Positions 1 to 13,525 of a DNA stretch of 64,000 nucleotides are shown piece after piece. Origin of the DNA: Rhina ancylostomus (taxonomy: Eukaryota). The DNA lies in NCBI GenBank assembly GCA_030265395.1, contig JARFYF010000053.1:26725592-26789591 (forward strand), read 5' to 3'. The notes beneath the pieces were generated by a model. That model saw only the letters and a list, made by a program, of their open reading frames with translations. It ran no database searches and was not told the origin of the DNA. The stretch's first letter is position 1; each line of letters starts with the position of its first letter. A program made the position numbers and the translations under genes.

Positions 1-155
1 TGAATGGCAGAATTAGGGGTGGAGTTGATGGGAATGGAAGAGAATAAAGTAGGTTAAGGTTGGATTAGCGTAAATGTGGGTGCTTGATGGTCCACATGAA
101 CTCAGTGAGCCAAAAAGCCTTTCTCCATGCTGTATCTCTCTCTGATTCCATGACG
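1..155 (+). mobile_element. 3' part of an HE1-like V-SINE (CR1-type tail)
   Basis: Similar by eye to 36960-37129 (..gtaaatg..ggtgcttgatgg..cagtg.gccaa..agcct..tc.atgctgtat..ctct.tgattccat). Confidence 0.7.
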
Positions 156-539
156 TGAGCATCCAGCTCAATTTTAGAGCCATCCTTGACTTAATTTAGA
201 GTCTGTAACTATATCACTTCAGTCTAAAGAAATTTTCCTAAGAATCATGAGCAATATGAGACAATCACTGCAGAATTTAATCTTAACAATGTCTCTTATT
301 GATAGAAGTTATGGGAAGGCTTATATTGGCAGTCTGGTTTAAATGAATACTGAACATGCAAGTTGTCAGGAAAACAAAAATTGTTAGTTTTCATTGCAAG
401 ATAGTTGGGTACATGAAAAAGAAAGTCTTTCTGAAATTGTATTGGGCTTGGGTGCATCCAAATACAGTTTTTGTTTCCATACCAAAGACGGAAAATATTT
501 GCTTTGGCGATAGCACAGCACAGATTCACTAAACTGATT

Positions 540-935
540 GCTGATATGAAGGGGTTGTTAACTGAAGAGATATTGAGTACATCAAACTCTACTTACCAGA
601 GTTTAAAAGAAGTGATCTGATTCTGAGAGGGAGTGCTGAGATAAATTCAGAGTGGCCTTTTCCTCTGGTTGGAATATCTCGAATGAGGGCATGTGGCCTG
701 AGGATAAGGATTTGGTCATTTAGGGGAAATATGATAAGGAGTTCCTTTACTTAGAGGTTCTCAGGACATTCTGAGCACATTCCAGACCACGATAAGTTTA
801 TAGACACAAGAGGAACCAATGGATATTGAGATCATGCAGAATAACTGGCTGGTATATTAATGAATGGTGGAAGATACTCCAGGAGCCTCATAGCACACCT
901 CTGATCCTATTTCATAGTTTCTTCTGTTCTTATGT
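540..935 (+). mobile_element. Decayed CR1-clade LINE 3' fragment
   Basis: Remnant of the ORF2 C-terminus and the ctcctatttc..gttcttatg tail, shared with 12100-12545 and 52530-53085. Confidence 0.6.
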
Positions 936-1134
936 GTATCGTGAATGCTTACTGAATAAAGGTGCACTGCGTAGGCCTCAGCTATAGACATCTGGACTGT
1001 TCAGGTCTGTTCCTGGTTCGTGTTGGGTTAATCAATTTGAGCTGCAAATTGTGACAGTATTCCCATGCCAGCGAAGGGGGAAAAAGCACTGCGCTCTTAG
1101 TTCTGATTGCAATCCTGTGATGATGCTTTATTCA

Positions 1135-1430
1135 TTCATAGGATGTGGGCATCATTGGCAAGACCAACTTTAATCGACAATACTTAATTTCCTTTGAGAC
1201 AATGAATTTCTGCAGTCTGCATTGGGAAGGTACTCCAACTGTTAAATCAGGATTGAAAGGATTTAGACAATGGAGAAACACCAATATATGTCCAAGTCAT
1301 GTGGTGTGTGGTTTAAAGGAGAATCTGCCAATGGTAGTGTTCCCATGTGACTGTGTCCTTATCCACGAGTTAGGGAAGTGGGATCAGGGAGGTCTTGGCA
1401 ACTCACATTTTGCATATGGGTGTTAATGGC
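1135..1430 (-). mobile_element. 3' end of a CR1-like LINE family (related pieces at 32390-32730 and 56750-56810)
   Basis: Recurrent terminal motif ttcat.ggatgtgggc..c..tggcaag.cc..catttattgcccatcc.taatt. Confidence 0.55.
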
Positions 1431-1924
1431 AGGTGAAGAGCGGATCACCTTGAGACCTACTTGAATAGCTCGAGATTCATTCACATTTTGAAAGCTGGAG
1501 AAGTATATTACAATATTATGCCTTTTAATTTAGGCGTTTCTCCCAAAGCTTCTCATATTATCCAGTTGATTTAAGAATGTGATGTACAATGAAACCTGAT
1601 AGATGGCAGAAATGAATGGCAGGCACACTATGCTTAAGATTCAGGCCAACATTAATCAGTCATAGCAACACATACCCTGCAACTAGCAGCTGTCGTTCTG
1701 TCACAAGAAATTATACAGGGATCACAGAAGTGTCATATCACATCTCATAACAGTCCAGAGGCTGCAAACCCTGAATAACTAGAGCCTAAATAAATATTAA
1801 CACGGTACCTTTTAGACTAATTCATTCTGTTTCATAGCTTCTGTTTCCCTAGAATGATTGAAACTTACAATACAGAGGTCATTCTACCCATCAAGTCCAT
1901 GTCAGGCAACAAAAGAGCTCTTCA

Positions 1925-3285
1925 CATAGAATCAGAGAATTATACAGCATGGAAACAGGTCGTTCAGCCCAACTCTTCCCCACTTACCAATGGGCACCCT
2001 GCCATATTAATCCCAATGCCCACCATTTGATCCATGGCCCTCTAAGCCTAAGCATTTCATCTAAACACTTCTTAAATAGTGNNNNNNNNNNNNNNNNNAC
2101 ACTCTCTCAGGCAGTTCATTCCAGGTACTTATCACTCTGGGTGAAGATGGTCCCTCTCAGATTCACTCTAAATGTCTTACCTGAAACCTATGTCCTCTAG
2201 TTTTATCTACCTCTGATATGGGGAAAAGTTTCCTGCAGTCTATGTTGTCTCCAACCCTCATAATATTGAAAAGCGCAACCACGTTGCCTTTTAACGTCCT
2301 CTGCTCCAGGGAAAACAGACCCAGCCTCTCCAGTCTCCCCTCATAACTGAAATGCTCCATCCCTGGCATCATCCTGGTGAATCACCTCTGCATCCTCTCT
2401 ATCACTATCACATCCTTCCAATACCTTGGTAACCAGAACTGCAAGCAGTACTCCAGCTGTGGTCTGACCAAGGTTTTATAAAGTTTCAGCACAACCTCAT
2501 TACTTCTGTATTCAATGCCCCATCTAATGAACCACATTCCTAACCATGTTATCTCCCTGTGTTGTCACCTTTGAGGATCTATGGACTTGTACTCCGAGGT
2601 CACTCCGTTCTTCAATAATCCCCAGGACCCCACCATTCATGGTACATGTCCTAGCCTCATTAGTGCTCCGAAAATGTATCAACTCACACTTGTCTGGATT
2701 AAACTCACACCTGTCATTTTTCAGCCCATGTCAACAATCCATCGATATCTCTCTGCAGACTAGGACTAACTTTTGCATTACCAACAACTCTTCCAATCTT
2801 TATGTCATCTGTGAACTTGCTGATCATGCCTCCTACATCCACATCTAAATTATTTATGTACAATACAAAGAAAAAGGGCCCCAGCACCAATCGTCATGGG
2901 ACGCCACTAGTCACAGGCATCCTATTGCAAAAATAACCGTCTACCATCATCTTCTGTCTCCTATGGTCAAACCAGTTTGCCAACTTACCCTGGATCCCAT
3001 GAGTTCTAACCTTTTGAAACATTCTTCCAATGTGGGACCACATTAAACATTTCACTAAAGTCCATGTAAATCACATCAACTACTCTCCCCTCATCGATAC
3101 ACTTTCTTACCTCTTCAAAGAATTCAATCAAATTGGTCAGAGAGGATCTGCCTTTGACAAAGCCATGGTGGCTATCTCTGATTATTCCCTTCCTTTCCAA
3201 GTGATCATTAATCCTTTCCCTCAGAATTGTTCCAGTATCTTCCTTGCCACTGATGTTAGGCTCACTGGTCTATAGTTACCAGTCA
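1925..3285 (-). mobile_element. CR1-clade (HER1-like) LINE, ORF2 RT plus C-terminus plus tail, internally deleted and frameshifted
   Basis: ORF pieces IIRDSHHGFVKGRSSLTNLIEFFEEV..DEGRVVDVIYMDFS and SYEGRLERLGLFSLEQRTLKG..TRGH are typical CR1 ORF2. Confidence 0.88.
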
Positions 3286-3599
3286 CCTATCTAAAACCAA
3301 AGGAAAACAGCANNNNNNNNNNNNNNNNNNNNNNNNNNNNNNNNNNNNNNNNNNNNNNNNNNNNNNNNNNNNNNNNNNNNNNNNNNNNNNNNNNNNNNNN
3401 NNNNNNNNNNNNNNNNNNNNNNNNNNNNNNNNNNNNATGCTAAGAAAAGCCTAACACTTTCCCCAAGGAAGCTGGAGAAGCAGTTAATAGCTCAACAGCT
3501 CACAAGGAAAGTATAACAAAAGCTCATCTCTCCAATTTGGTGAAGCGGATTCTAGAATGTAAATTGAAGATAGTTGAAGGCACTGCTCCTAGTGGTGCA

Positions 3600-4065
3600 G
3601 ATATTAAAACTAGATAGCCAAAGAGGTCAAAATTTGAGGACGCAAAAGGTTGTAGGGCAGGAAAAGGTTATGGAAATGGTATAGACAAAGCCATTCATGG
3701 ACAAATGGTTGTCAACCTCAAATGTTAATTCTTTTTCTCTTTCCAGAAAGGCTGCTTGACCCAATTCCAGGTTTTATTTCAGATTTCCAGCATCTGCCAT
3801 TTTTTTTATTTTTGAAGACATTCAGAGTTGAAAACAAGGATGAGAATGTTTAGATTGAGCAATTATATAGGTCACTAAGTATAAGAGTGAAGTGTTGTTA
3901 GGAAAGAGGCAGCAGAGTTGGGTTGAGAGGTGGAATAAGACAGGCTTGCCAGGAGTGCTGTAGAATAATCAAATCTGGAGGTGCTGGGCTGGACATGGGG
4001 TTCAGCAGCAGATGAGCTGAAGCTGAGTTGGAGATGGGCAATGTTACAAAGGAAGAGATAGGAAA
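3600..4065 (-). mobile_element. Old L2-like LINE 3' fragment, interrupted by a short Penelope-like arm (~3700-3800)
   Basis: Reverse strand resembles the L2 ORF2 C-terminal region (ISF..NIAHLQLS..SSAAE..PALQI.LF). Confidence 0.45.
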
Positions 4066-4884
4066 TACGTCACTGGGGAGGAGTTAATTTCTCAGCATCA
4101 AGCCTTTCATTCTAATGATTACTATGCTTGCAAACAAAACTATTTTTAAATCCAACTCTAGTTTTTAATGAGGTCTCATTTTGTTGAAGTTGGTGAAGGT
4201 ATACTTTTTGATCATTTGGATTTTATTTCAGAGAATCAAAACAAGTAAGTAGTTCTAATTGGAATTAGTCTAATCAAGCTCAAATCTGGATAACTGGATA
4301 ATCTGGATAATTCACATTGCCATTATTTTATATATTTCCAAATTGCCATTTGGAACAGATTTTACATTAATAATAACAGTGAGGCAGACAGATCTAATCA
4401 GTTTTAAGGAGCAAATCATTCATTAACTTCCAAGTTGAAGTAGAGATCTAAAGGTTAATGTTCATTTAATGCTATTATTCCATAGGTTGTATGATAACAG
4501 TATTCTGGCATTGAAATCAATGTAAAGAGATAAAATTGTGGTTTTTACCAATTGGTTGTCCACTAAATACATTAGAAAAACTTATAATTGGTCCATTCAG
4601 ACTTATGTGAACTGTAAACAAAAAGGCACGATAATTGCTCCTGAACAATCTCTCTGATTCTAGAAGTTAAATTTTACAAATGTGGAGTCTTTAGAAGTTA
4701 ATTAGAATTAGATTTCTTTAACTGTTTATTCTCTTTGTCTCTTTATCTCTTTCATAGTTCCATCTTATTTTCTGACTTTATTTTGTTTTCTGTCTATGAT
4801 TTAATCAAATTAATAATCCTTGCTTCAATCTTACTGATTTAAACATTTTAGACCTCAGTAAGGACTCTACAATCTGAATGGTAC

Positions 4885-5600
4885 AGAGACACAAGAGACT
4901 GCAGATGCTGGGATCTGGAGCAACAAACAATCTGCTGAAGGAACTCAACGGATCGAACAGCATCTGTGTGGGGAAAGGAACTTCTGGCATTTTGGGTTGC
5001 AACCCTGCATCAGGACTGAGTGTGGAGAGGGAAGATAGCCAGTATAAAGAGAAGAGGGGGAGTGTTGATATAGGGGCTAGTAGGTGATCAGTGGACCAAG
5101 GATACATCTGACCCACCAGATCCCATCCCCTCTATTCCCTCCCCCCTCCCCATATGATTCCATCTGTCCTTCATCTCTCCCCTGATGGTTTCCATTATCA
5201 CATTCCTTACTCATCAGATTCCAGCACTGGTACCCTTTGTGTTCCCACTTATCACCCTCCCAGCTATCTCCACCTGCACCCTCCCTTCCCCCGCCTGGCT
5301 GCATCTGCCTTTTTCTTTGTCTGCCTCCACCTATCATCCATCTACCTCTGTCCCCCAACTCCACCCCTTCCTCCTCCTCTATCTGGCTCCATCTGCCTGT
5401 CATCCTTCACCCCTCCTTGGTCCAGTAGTCACTGACTGGCCCTCAGTCTCACCACCCCCACTCTCCTCTTTTTATGGCCTATCTTCCTTGTCCGTACCCA
5501 GACCTGATGCAAGTTTTGACCCAAAGAGTCAGCAATTCTTTTCACCCCACAAATGCCGCTTAGCTCCCTGAGTTCCTCCAGCTAATTGTTTGGTTGGTTA
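4885..5600. mobile_element. Penelope-like non-autonomous element with long inverted terminal arms
   Basis: The left arm 4915-5060 is the approximate reverse complement of the right arm 5460-5598. Each arm has a CTGATGCA-stem-AAA hammerhead-like remnant. Confidence 0.7.
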
Positions 5601-6959
5601 CAGAACCTGGTTGTTACTTGTCCTGCTTCCCCATGCCACTGCTCCCCTGTAGAATGAATTGCACTGACTTGGATGACAAATTCCCTCGACTCAGAAGGTT
5701 TATGAGCAGCTGACAGTGAAGTGATTGGGAGCTCCCATTCCTTCTCAGCTGGCCTCAAAATCCAGGCCATTGACAAATAGTAATTAAAAACCAAACGTCA
5801 TAAATTACATTCCAGCAGAATACAACAAAATTGTTTTCTAAAGTATGTGCCCATAAAAGAATTTAAATATGGGCCATCAGCTGTGTAAGAAATACTTCTT
5901 GGAGTTTAATCCTTCCTGTGTCTGATATATAATAATAAAAGCAACCAAAAATTCACAAGTATTCAATCTCACAGTGAATTTGATGCTATTTCATCAAATT
6001 CTTCTTTTGCTGAAGATTATGTTTAGGATACCAGGTAATTCAAACCCTATTTGTTTTTACACTCTTTTACAATCTTTGTCTTTTAATTCAAATAACTTAT
6101 TGAATATAAATCATTGAATATTATTGCATGTGGCAATAATTTTCTGTGGAACTTTTTGAGAAAAGAACAAATCAATCTTGTGTGGAAAGGTTTGGCTATC
6201 TGATGCAGCAGCCCTTCAAACAGAGGCATTACAGTGAAAGTGTAAAAACTTCTGTCCATTCCCTTCTAAAGTTACACAAGCCTGTGTGGTACAGAACATG
6301 AGCTGGATTATTTGTTAAACTTCCAGGGTTATAGAGTCCAACCTCAGCATGACACCACTTGTTCAGTTGCTTGAGCATTGTGACAGCTGCGAAAATCTCT
6401 ACTATTTTGTTTATGAAACTGATTTTTAAATCACAATTTTTTTTCAGAAAAGCTTCAGACAACTGCTGTTTATATTAACCATATATTTAAAACACAATAA
6501 TGTGCCGAGATAACAAATTTTATCCATCACTTGTGTAACGTGCCCCAGTCAGGTACAGTATCTTTAGTACTTGTGGGATGGTGAGGAAAGTCTTAAGTGG
6601 CCAAAAATAGCCAAAGAGATGGTGAGGTTCTAATGTCTGGTCATCTAGTTTTCTTTCTGTTACGTGTCTGGCAGCTGGTCAAACTGACGGGCCAAGTCAT
6701 GTGGAGAAGGGGAAGAGCAACAACAGGAGGTGACAGGAGTTCCTTAGGGACAGTCACCAGCAGTGTGCGACATGGTGGTGGAAAAAGGTCAGTCAGATCA
6801 AGTTATGGAGTGTTGGGTATTTCCTGAGAGTCGGGTGGAAAAAGGCCATTACAGGAAGGGTGAGAAGTTTCTCAACTCCAAATAAGCCACAGAATGGCTG
6901 TAAAGTTTAAACTGGGCTCCTAATTGCAATGCAGAAGCCTTGGTTAATGAGCTGAATTA

Positions 6960-7480
6960 AGTCATGGAGGCATAAAGTCATAGAGTTGTACAGCACAGAA
7001 ATGGATCCTTTAGCACATCACATCCATGCCAACCATTTTTTTCATCTACACCATGCCTGTTAACCTACATTAGGACCATATCCTTCTATGCCTTGCCTAT
7101 TTAAAAGTCTGGCTAAGTGCCTCTTAAACATAATAATTGTAACATTCCACCACCTCCTCTGGCAATGCATACCAAATATCTTCCACTCTCCACTTACCCC
7201 TCAGGTCCCCTTTAAAACTCCTTTCTCTCACCTTTTTGATGTCCCTGCCTTGGGGAAAACAGATTTTGACTATCTACCCTGTCTGTGCCTTTCATAGTCT
7301 TATATACTTCTATCAGATCATCCATCGGCCTCCTTCGCTCCAGGGAAAACAAGCCCAGCCTATCTAATTTCTTCCCAAAGCTAAAGTTCTCCAATCCCAG
7401 TGATATCTTGATGACTCTCCTATGTGCTCTTTCCAGTACAATCAAATCTTTCCAATAGAGTGACGTCCAGAGCAGTGTCC
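6960..7480 (-). mobile_element. CR1-clade LINE 3' fragment
   Basis: LERAHRRVIKISLGLENFSFGKKLDRLGLFSLERRRPMDDLIEVYKTMKG plus a gactctatgact tail. Confidence 0.85.
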
Positions 7481-8689
7481 TGCCATTTCACAGGAAGTCC
7501 CTTGGACCCCACAAAACTCACAACCATAAAGCCCACAATGACCTTGTATGCAATGGGTTGGGGGAAATTTCTTATCATTGATTTTAAATCTGCCTCCTCC
7601 TAACCCAAGTTATCATGAGGTGGGTGGGTTAAGAGAGTTATAATTTTTTAAATGTGTATGCTGAGTTTATTTAAGCCGTTGATTTAGGGATCCTCAAATG
7701 CTTGAGATCCAAAATGCAGCCAAACCCCCAGACAGAGTAGTCGGTTCCTGGTTGTGTGCGTGCACAGCCGATCTCAACCAGTATCGGCAAGAGGATCTTC
7801 AATTCTACACCTCATGTTAGTGAGAGGAAAATCATTCAAGTTCTACCTCCTGATCACTATCAACCTATTCCAATATATGTGGATGTTGGATGACAGTAGT
7901 ATCCATCCCCTATCTTCAAATGTCTTGCAAGCATTCACCATGAAGCATCAGATGTGAATAAAGACCATAACGGTGATGTACCACAAGGACACATGTGCCC
8001 ATGCACAATTTCTTCAGGAGAGCTGGGATGCAGAAAACCAAAACAAGCCCTTACATTTAGCAGATGGCATCATATATTAATATTGCACTAAAATCTTCAT
8101 CTTTGGACTACTGAGAAATTGGTGTGATGGGAAGTCATACAGTCGTCCCATCGGGGTTAATTTCCTGATTGTTAATTTTCTCAGCCAAAATGGTAATAAA
8201 GGTATTGCAATTTTCCTTCATCCCTGGGTGGCAGGAACCTCAGGCAAACTCCTTAACTTGATCTACATGCAGAGGGTGACGATGGGGCAGAAGACAGCTA
8301 TAAACCTAGCACAGGGGAACTATCTCAGTAGTCAAGATTGGATTATCCAAATCAGGTTTCTTGTTTGATAGAAATAAATTATATGGAAATAACTGAAAAT
8401 TTATTTGGAGATGTTTTGCTTCTGAATAGTGTATCTTTAACGTCTGGCATGGAAGTAAATTATCAAAGTGGATAGTCACATACTACACAATGATCATGGG
8501 GGTCAGCTGCTGCTGTCCAATGGTCATTCTGTTTGGCTGGTATGGAGTATTATGACAACAGGGGATGGTTAAACATGGTACGGTGATCGAAGTAGTGAGT
8601 TGTATGTTGCACAATAACTTATCATCCTCTCTGTCATGCCATTCAACAACAGAAATCTTTCCCAGGTGAAATTCCAGACACATAGTGGA

Positions 8690-8860
8690 AGCACATGGTC
8701 AAGCTGCTTCATAGTTCCATTAACCTGTCTCAGTCCTGACTTCTGCTGTTGTCTGTGCAATGTTTGCACATTCTCCCTGTAACCGTGTGGTTTTCCTCTG
8801 GGTGCTCCAGGGATGTGCTGGTTGGTAGTCTAATTGGCCATTGTACATTGCCCTTACCAG
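8690..8860 (+). mobile_element. Truncated V-SINE
   Basis: V-domain core gtttgcacattctccctgtaaccgtgtggttttcctctgggtgctcc, similar to 36860-36900 and 42370-42430. Confidence 0.7.
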
Positions 8861-10754
8861 ATTCTGTGGTATGAAGTGCCAGTTTCCATGCTGTTTGACT
8901 ATGACTGTAAAATGTCAATATAACTTTAATTTTAATAACAAACATATGTGGTTTTGTGCTTATTAATATTGTCCTTATTATTGCCCATGTGGCTATTTCA
9001 TTGGCATGAAGAATACAGAGGGAGAAGTTTAGTTGTTGTACAATAACAGAAAATGAAAACAAGATACAAATTTGAAAGATTTTGCACTATTGTAAAACAA
9101 TCATTTACAGATTCAAAGTTCATAACACCATATTCAGATGGAAAGTATGTGGAATGACCAAGGTATCAAATAGGAATACTCAAAAGCAAATTGCAAAGCT
9201 ATTTGGTTGCAACCTGGAAAATAAGTAACATGAGTCCAGTCTTTGAAAAGGTCAAACACATGGCCCTGGATACTGCAAGCTGGTTAGTTTAATATTTGTA
9301 CTGTGAGAATCTGGAGCAGATAATAATAGAAACAATTCAAGTGCATCTTTGAAAATCAGTCTCAATATTTCAAAGTTAACAGGATTTGTGAAGAAGTCGC
9401 ATTGAAACAAGTGTGTTCATTGGAATAGTTTGAGGATATAACAAGCAGATGAAGAGAATAATTTGAACGAACCTGGACACTACGGGTTTCATAATCACCT
9501 GATAAAAGTCCAATGTCGGACATGTGGATATAAAATTATACATTGTGATATCAAGGAAGATAGTTAGAATATGGTGGAGAGCAAAAGGCAAATAATGATC
9601 ACAGAGTGTTCCAGGAAGTGAGAATAAAGAAACAGTTTTTTAAATACTCTTAGTAAAATGCTGAAGCCCCATAGTTCAGGCTATTAAAGTTGTAAAGATC
9701 AGGAAAGCAATTGGACTGATTTAAAGGAACTAATCAGGTGCATGAAGGGAACTGTAAAAGATTGATCAGCTCAAACACTTCCGGTGGAGTTCACTTTGTT
9801 GTCAACCTGTGGAGGAAAACAGGTGGTTGGTGTGAATGGCCACGGCACNNNNNNNNNNNNNNNNNNNNNNNNNNNNNNNNNNNNNNNNNNNNNNNNNNNN
9901 NNNNNNNNNNNNNNNNNNNNNNNNNNNNNNNNNNNNNNNNNNNNNNNNTTGATTTCAAGAACATCAAAGATGTTTTCCTCTGTTTGTTGGATCTCCCGAT
10001 ATTATGAAGAGAATGTTAAGTCCATCTCTGCAGGATGGCTGGCAAAGGACAGATCAGTCCAATGTTATGGTTCAATTTATCCTTGATCTTGGTTTGTCAG
10101 CCAGCCTTACAATTTGCATCCTAATCATCTTGTAATCGGTCCACTCTTTAAAGTTAATGTTAGGGAAAACAATCTTTTAATATGGAGTTAACTTTAGGAA
10201 AAATGTTAGGGTCAGTTTATTTCAGGTTTTATTTGAAGGCCTTCTTATGGTCAATGGATATGTTGGAGTGAGGGTACAAGGAAGTGGAGGAGTAGAATAT
10301 TACAGGCAATATACGTTGCCACCTCTCTGTTTTTCCAGTGAATACTTTTGTGAACACTTGCTTGAATTTCCTGTACACAGTGGTGCTAATGACATTCTGG
10401 TCAACCATGTTGTCAATACTGTTATGGACTAGGACTATTAGTGAGGTTCCTTTAAGATAGTATGTGTGTGGTGCTTACATCAAAAGAAGATAAAGAAAAT
10501 CATGACATTGTTGAAACAACCAGNNNNNNNNNNNNNNNNNNNNNNNNNNNNNNNNNNNNNNNNNNNNNNNNNNNNNNNNNNNNNNNNNNNNNNNNNNNNN
10601 NNNNNNNNNNNNNNNNNNNNNNNAGTAGTTATTAATAAAGTAGTTTTTAACACTTATACATGTCTCGGTGTGTTTCTTTTGTTGCTGGTTGGTAACAATA
10701 CCTCACCTAAGTGTACAGGATCATGGAAGGCTCATTTAATTTTTATTCCTTGCT

Positions 10755-11062
10755 AGAGAGAGAAAAAAGGAGGATGAGGACAAGAGGAGGGCAGAGGACA
10801 AGAGAGAAGAGAAGGTGCTGAGAACGAGAGATGAGAGGGTAGAATGGAAGGGTGAGAAGGAATGTTGGGGGAAGAGGGGAATGAATAGAAGTGAAGGGAG
10901 TGGGAGAGGAGAAAATGGGGGCAGGAGTGGCGGAAAGGTGGAGAGGACTAGTAATGAAATGGGAGGGAGAGGGGTGAGAGCAGAGGACACAAGAAGAGGT
11001 AAAATGGAAGGAGACAGCAAGGGGAGGAAGATAAAGCAGGGGAAGGCGATGGGAAAAGAAGA
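10755..11062. repeat. Purine-rich (GA) low-complexity tract
   Basis: About 300 nt that is almost entirely A/G on the + strand. Confidence 0.85.
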
Positions 11063-11689
11063 ATATTCACCCTCATCCCACCAAGGAACATTTCAGGAGG
11101 TTGTTCAGGGAAAGGTGGTGATGGAAATGTTATATTTATTCAAATCTCATCAGGTGGGACAGGAAGAAATCCTCAGACTTCTTGTCTGTGAGTCCCTCTC
11201 CCTGTTTTTCTCCACAGCAACATCTGTTTCCAAAGCTCTCGCCCAGGACTGACCAAGCATTGGGCCCATTTCCTTAGGTCCCCAGCAGCATCTGCCTTGC
11301 ATCCTTTTGAGACTAAGAAATGTAGGTCTAAAGCTATTGTCTTAAAATTAAATCAAGAGAATTATATGTACAAGAAGCCAAGTCTGGCTAAAATGAACTG
11401 TGAAAATAAATTAAAAGATAATCCCTTGGTGGGATGAGTAGTTGGAGATATTTAAGGAGATATTTCATAATTTTTATTGAAGAATTGTATTGTATCAAAT
11501 TGTATAAGAATCGTGTCAAATTGAAAACAAAAGGCATATAATATAGCAAAGATGGGAAATAATAATGAGAAAAATGAAACTGACAGACTTTGAGGAAATA
11601 TTTTGTATCTTCCTTCAGAGTAGAGGTCACTAAAAGCATCCCGATAATAGAAGAAAATCAGGGGAGAAACCAAAAGGTGCACTTAAAAA

Positions 11690-12545
11690 CATTATCATAA
11701 GAGGAAAAAGTACTTGGCAAATTAATGGGACTGAAGACTGCCAAGCGCCATGAACTGGTGACCTTTATCCCAAGGTCTGAAAAGAAGTGGCTGCAGAGAA
11801 AGTGGATTAATTAGTTGCAATTTTCCAAAGATCCCTAGATTCTAGAAGGTGCTGGCAGATTGGAAAACTGCAAATGTAATGCCTTTATTCAAAAAAGAAG
11901 GGAAACCAAAATCAGGAACCCAAAGACCAGTTACCTTAATATCTGTCATGGGCAAGTCTTGCAACAACTGTATATGACATTAACAAGAAACCAAAAATCA
12001 AACAAAGAACTGCAGATGCTAGAAAATCTGAACTAAAAACACAAAATGCTGAAAACCTTCAGCAGGTCAGGCTTCTGAAATATTAACATGAATGAGAGAT
12101 CCGGAATATTGCATATAGTTTTGGTCTCCTATTTGTAATGAGAGATATATTTGCATTGGAGACGTTTCAGAGAAGGTTCACAAGGGTAATTCTTGAGATG
12201 TAATATCAAAGATTCTTCAGAGGTCTGACAGGGTAAATGTTGAGAGGATGTTTCTTCTCATGGGAAGTCTAGAACGAGAAGAGTCACCAATTTAAGATGA
12301 GGATTCATTTCTTCTCTCAGAGTTTGTGAATCTTACGAATTCTCTACACTAGAGAGCTCTGAAAGCTGAGATATTGCACAGAGTCAACACTGGGATGAAC
12401 AGATTTTTGGACATAGGCAGTCAATGGTTAGGAGTGCTAGTGGAATTGAGGCCATAAAGAAATCAACCATTATCATACTAAATGGCAAAGCAGGCTCCAG
12501 CATTATATGGCCTACTCCTGCTCCTGTTACTTATGTTCTTATGCT
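11690..12545 (+). mobile_element. Fragmented CR1 LINE with an inserted Penelope-like arm (~11995-12075)
   Basis: Remnants of LKEVAAE..L..IFQRSLDSRRVLADWKTANVMPLFKK (pre-RT region), C-terminal LETFQRRFTR, and a CR1 tail. Confidence 0.8.
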
Positions 12546-13089
12546 CTTAAATCTTTCATTGATCAGCACTATTGACTTGTCATAAGGATCTCAAATTACT
12601 GAATAATAGCAAATTTAGTTTTAGCCTCATTACAGCAAACAATGTTGAGGAGGTATCTGAAAATCAATTTATTGCCTTAAACCATACAATTAATAAGCAG
12701 TGGATATGCTGGTGTGAACCTTAATGTTCTGTTCCTGACATGCTCTCAGTACAATACCATATAAATGAAATTATATATTTTTCTATGCAGGACAAAGCTT
12801 CTGTTAATCTGACAACAAGATGGTATATCCTCAGTGTGTTTCTATATTGATTTATTAAAGGTAAATGCATTGATCTTTTATACATTATTCACTACAGGAA
12901 CTAAATCTGTCCACTTTCTCTTTCCCAATATATTTATCCATGATATACCGATGGGTTGTGAACTAAAGAGGTTAAATGTTACGGATATTACTAGTTCTAG
13001 TTAGAGCCTTCAAATCCTAGTGTTTTAGTGCTTTCAACACCATCTAGTAGACAAAAATTAAAACTTTTTTACTTTAATAACTTAAATAG

Positions 13090-13525
13090 CAACATTGGAC
13101 TGGCCAAGTTGTCCACATGCCCAGCACCAGACCCCTGAAACAGACACTATTCTGAGCTCCCTCATGGAATAACATTACAACATTACAGAGGAAAAGATCC
13201 AAGCACATGACCTAAGTCTCCTTTGAAGAAAAGCAACATTCCCTCTGACTCCTGTAAACCTCTGGCCCATGACTGATCAAAATGAAGGAGGACCATTTGG
13301 GATTTTATTGACAACCTCAAGGCCCTGCATCTGAAGCACACAGAAGCCCTGTACAAGTGGCAGAAGCAGTGCACCACCTCACAAACCACCCACCCACCCA
13401 TCCCATTCCCCACCACCTGCCCAGTCTGCAGTTTCCACATGAGCCTCGCTTAGCCATCTCAGAACCAACAAAAGTGGAGTGAAGGTAAATCATCCTCAAT
13501 CCCAAACGACTGTCTCAGAAGATGC
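13090..13525 (+). mobile_element. RTE-clade LINE 3' fragment
   Basis: Remnant of W.G.VV.MP..R.LKQ.L.SEL..G..QRKR..D.LK.SLKK.NI..W..LA.DR..WR, ending in a C-terminal CPxC..SHLRT motif. Confidence 0.65.

Noticed and set aside
4805-5571. Cluster of overlapping 60-130 aa ORFs
   Set aside because: All lie within a pyrimidine-rich repeat element.
10736-11252. 145-aa and 94-aa ORFs
   Set aside because: Products of a GA-rich low-complexity tract with few stop codons; no domain or splice support.
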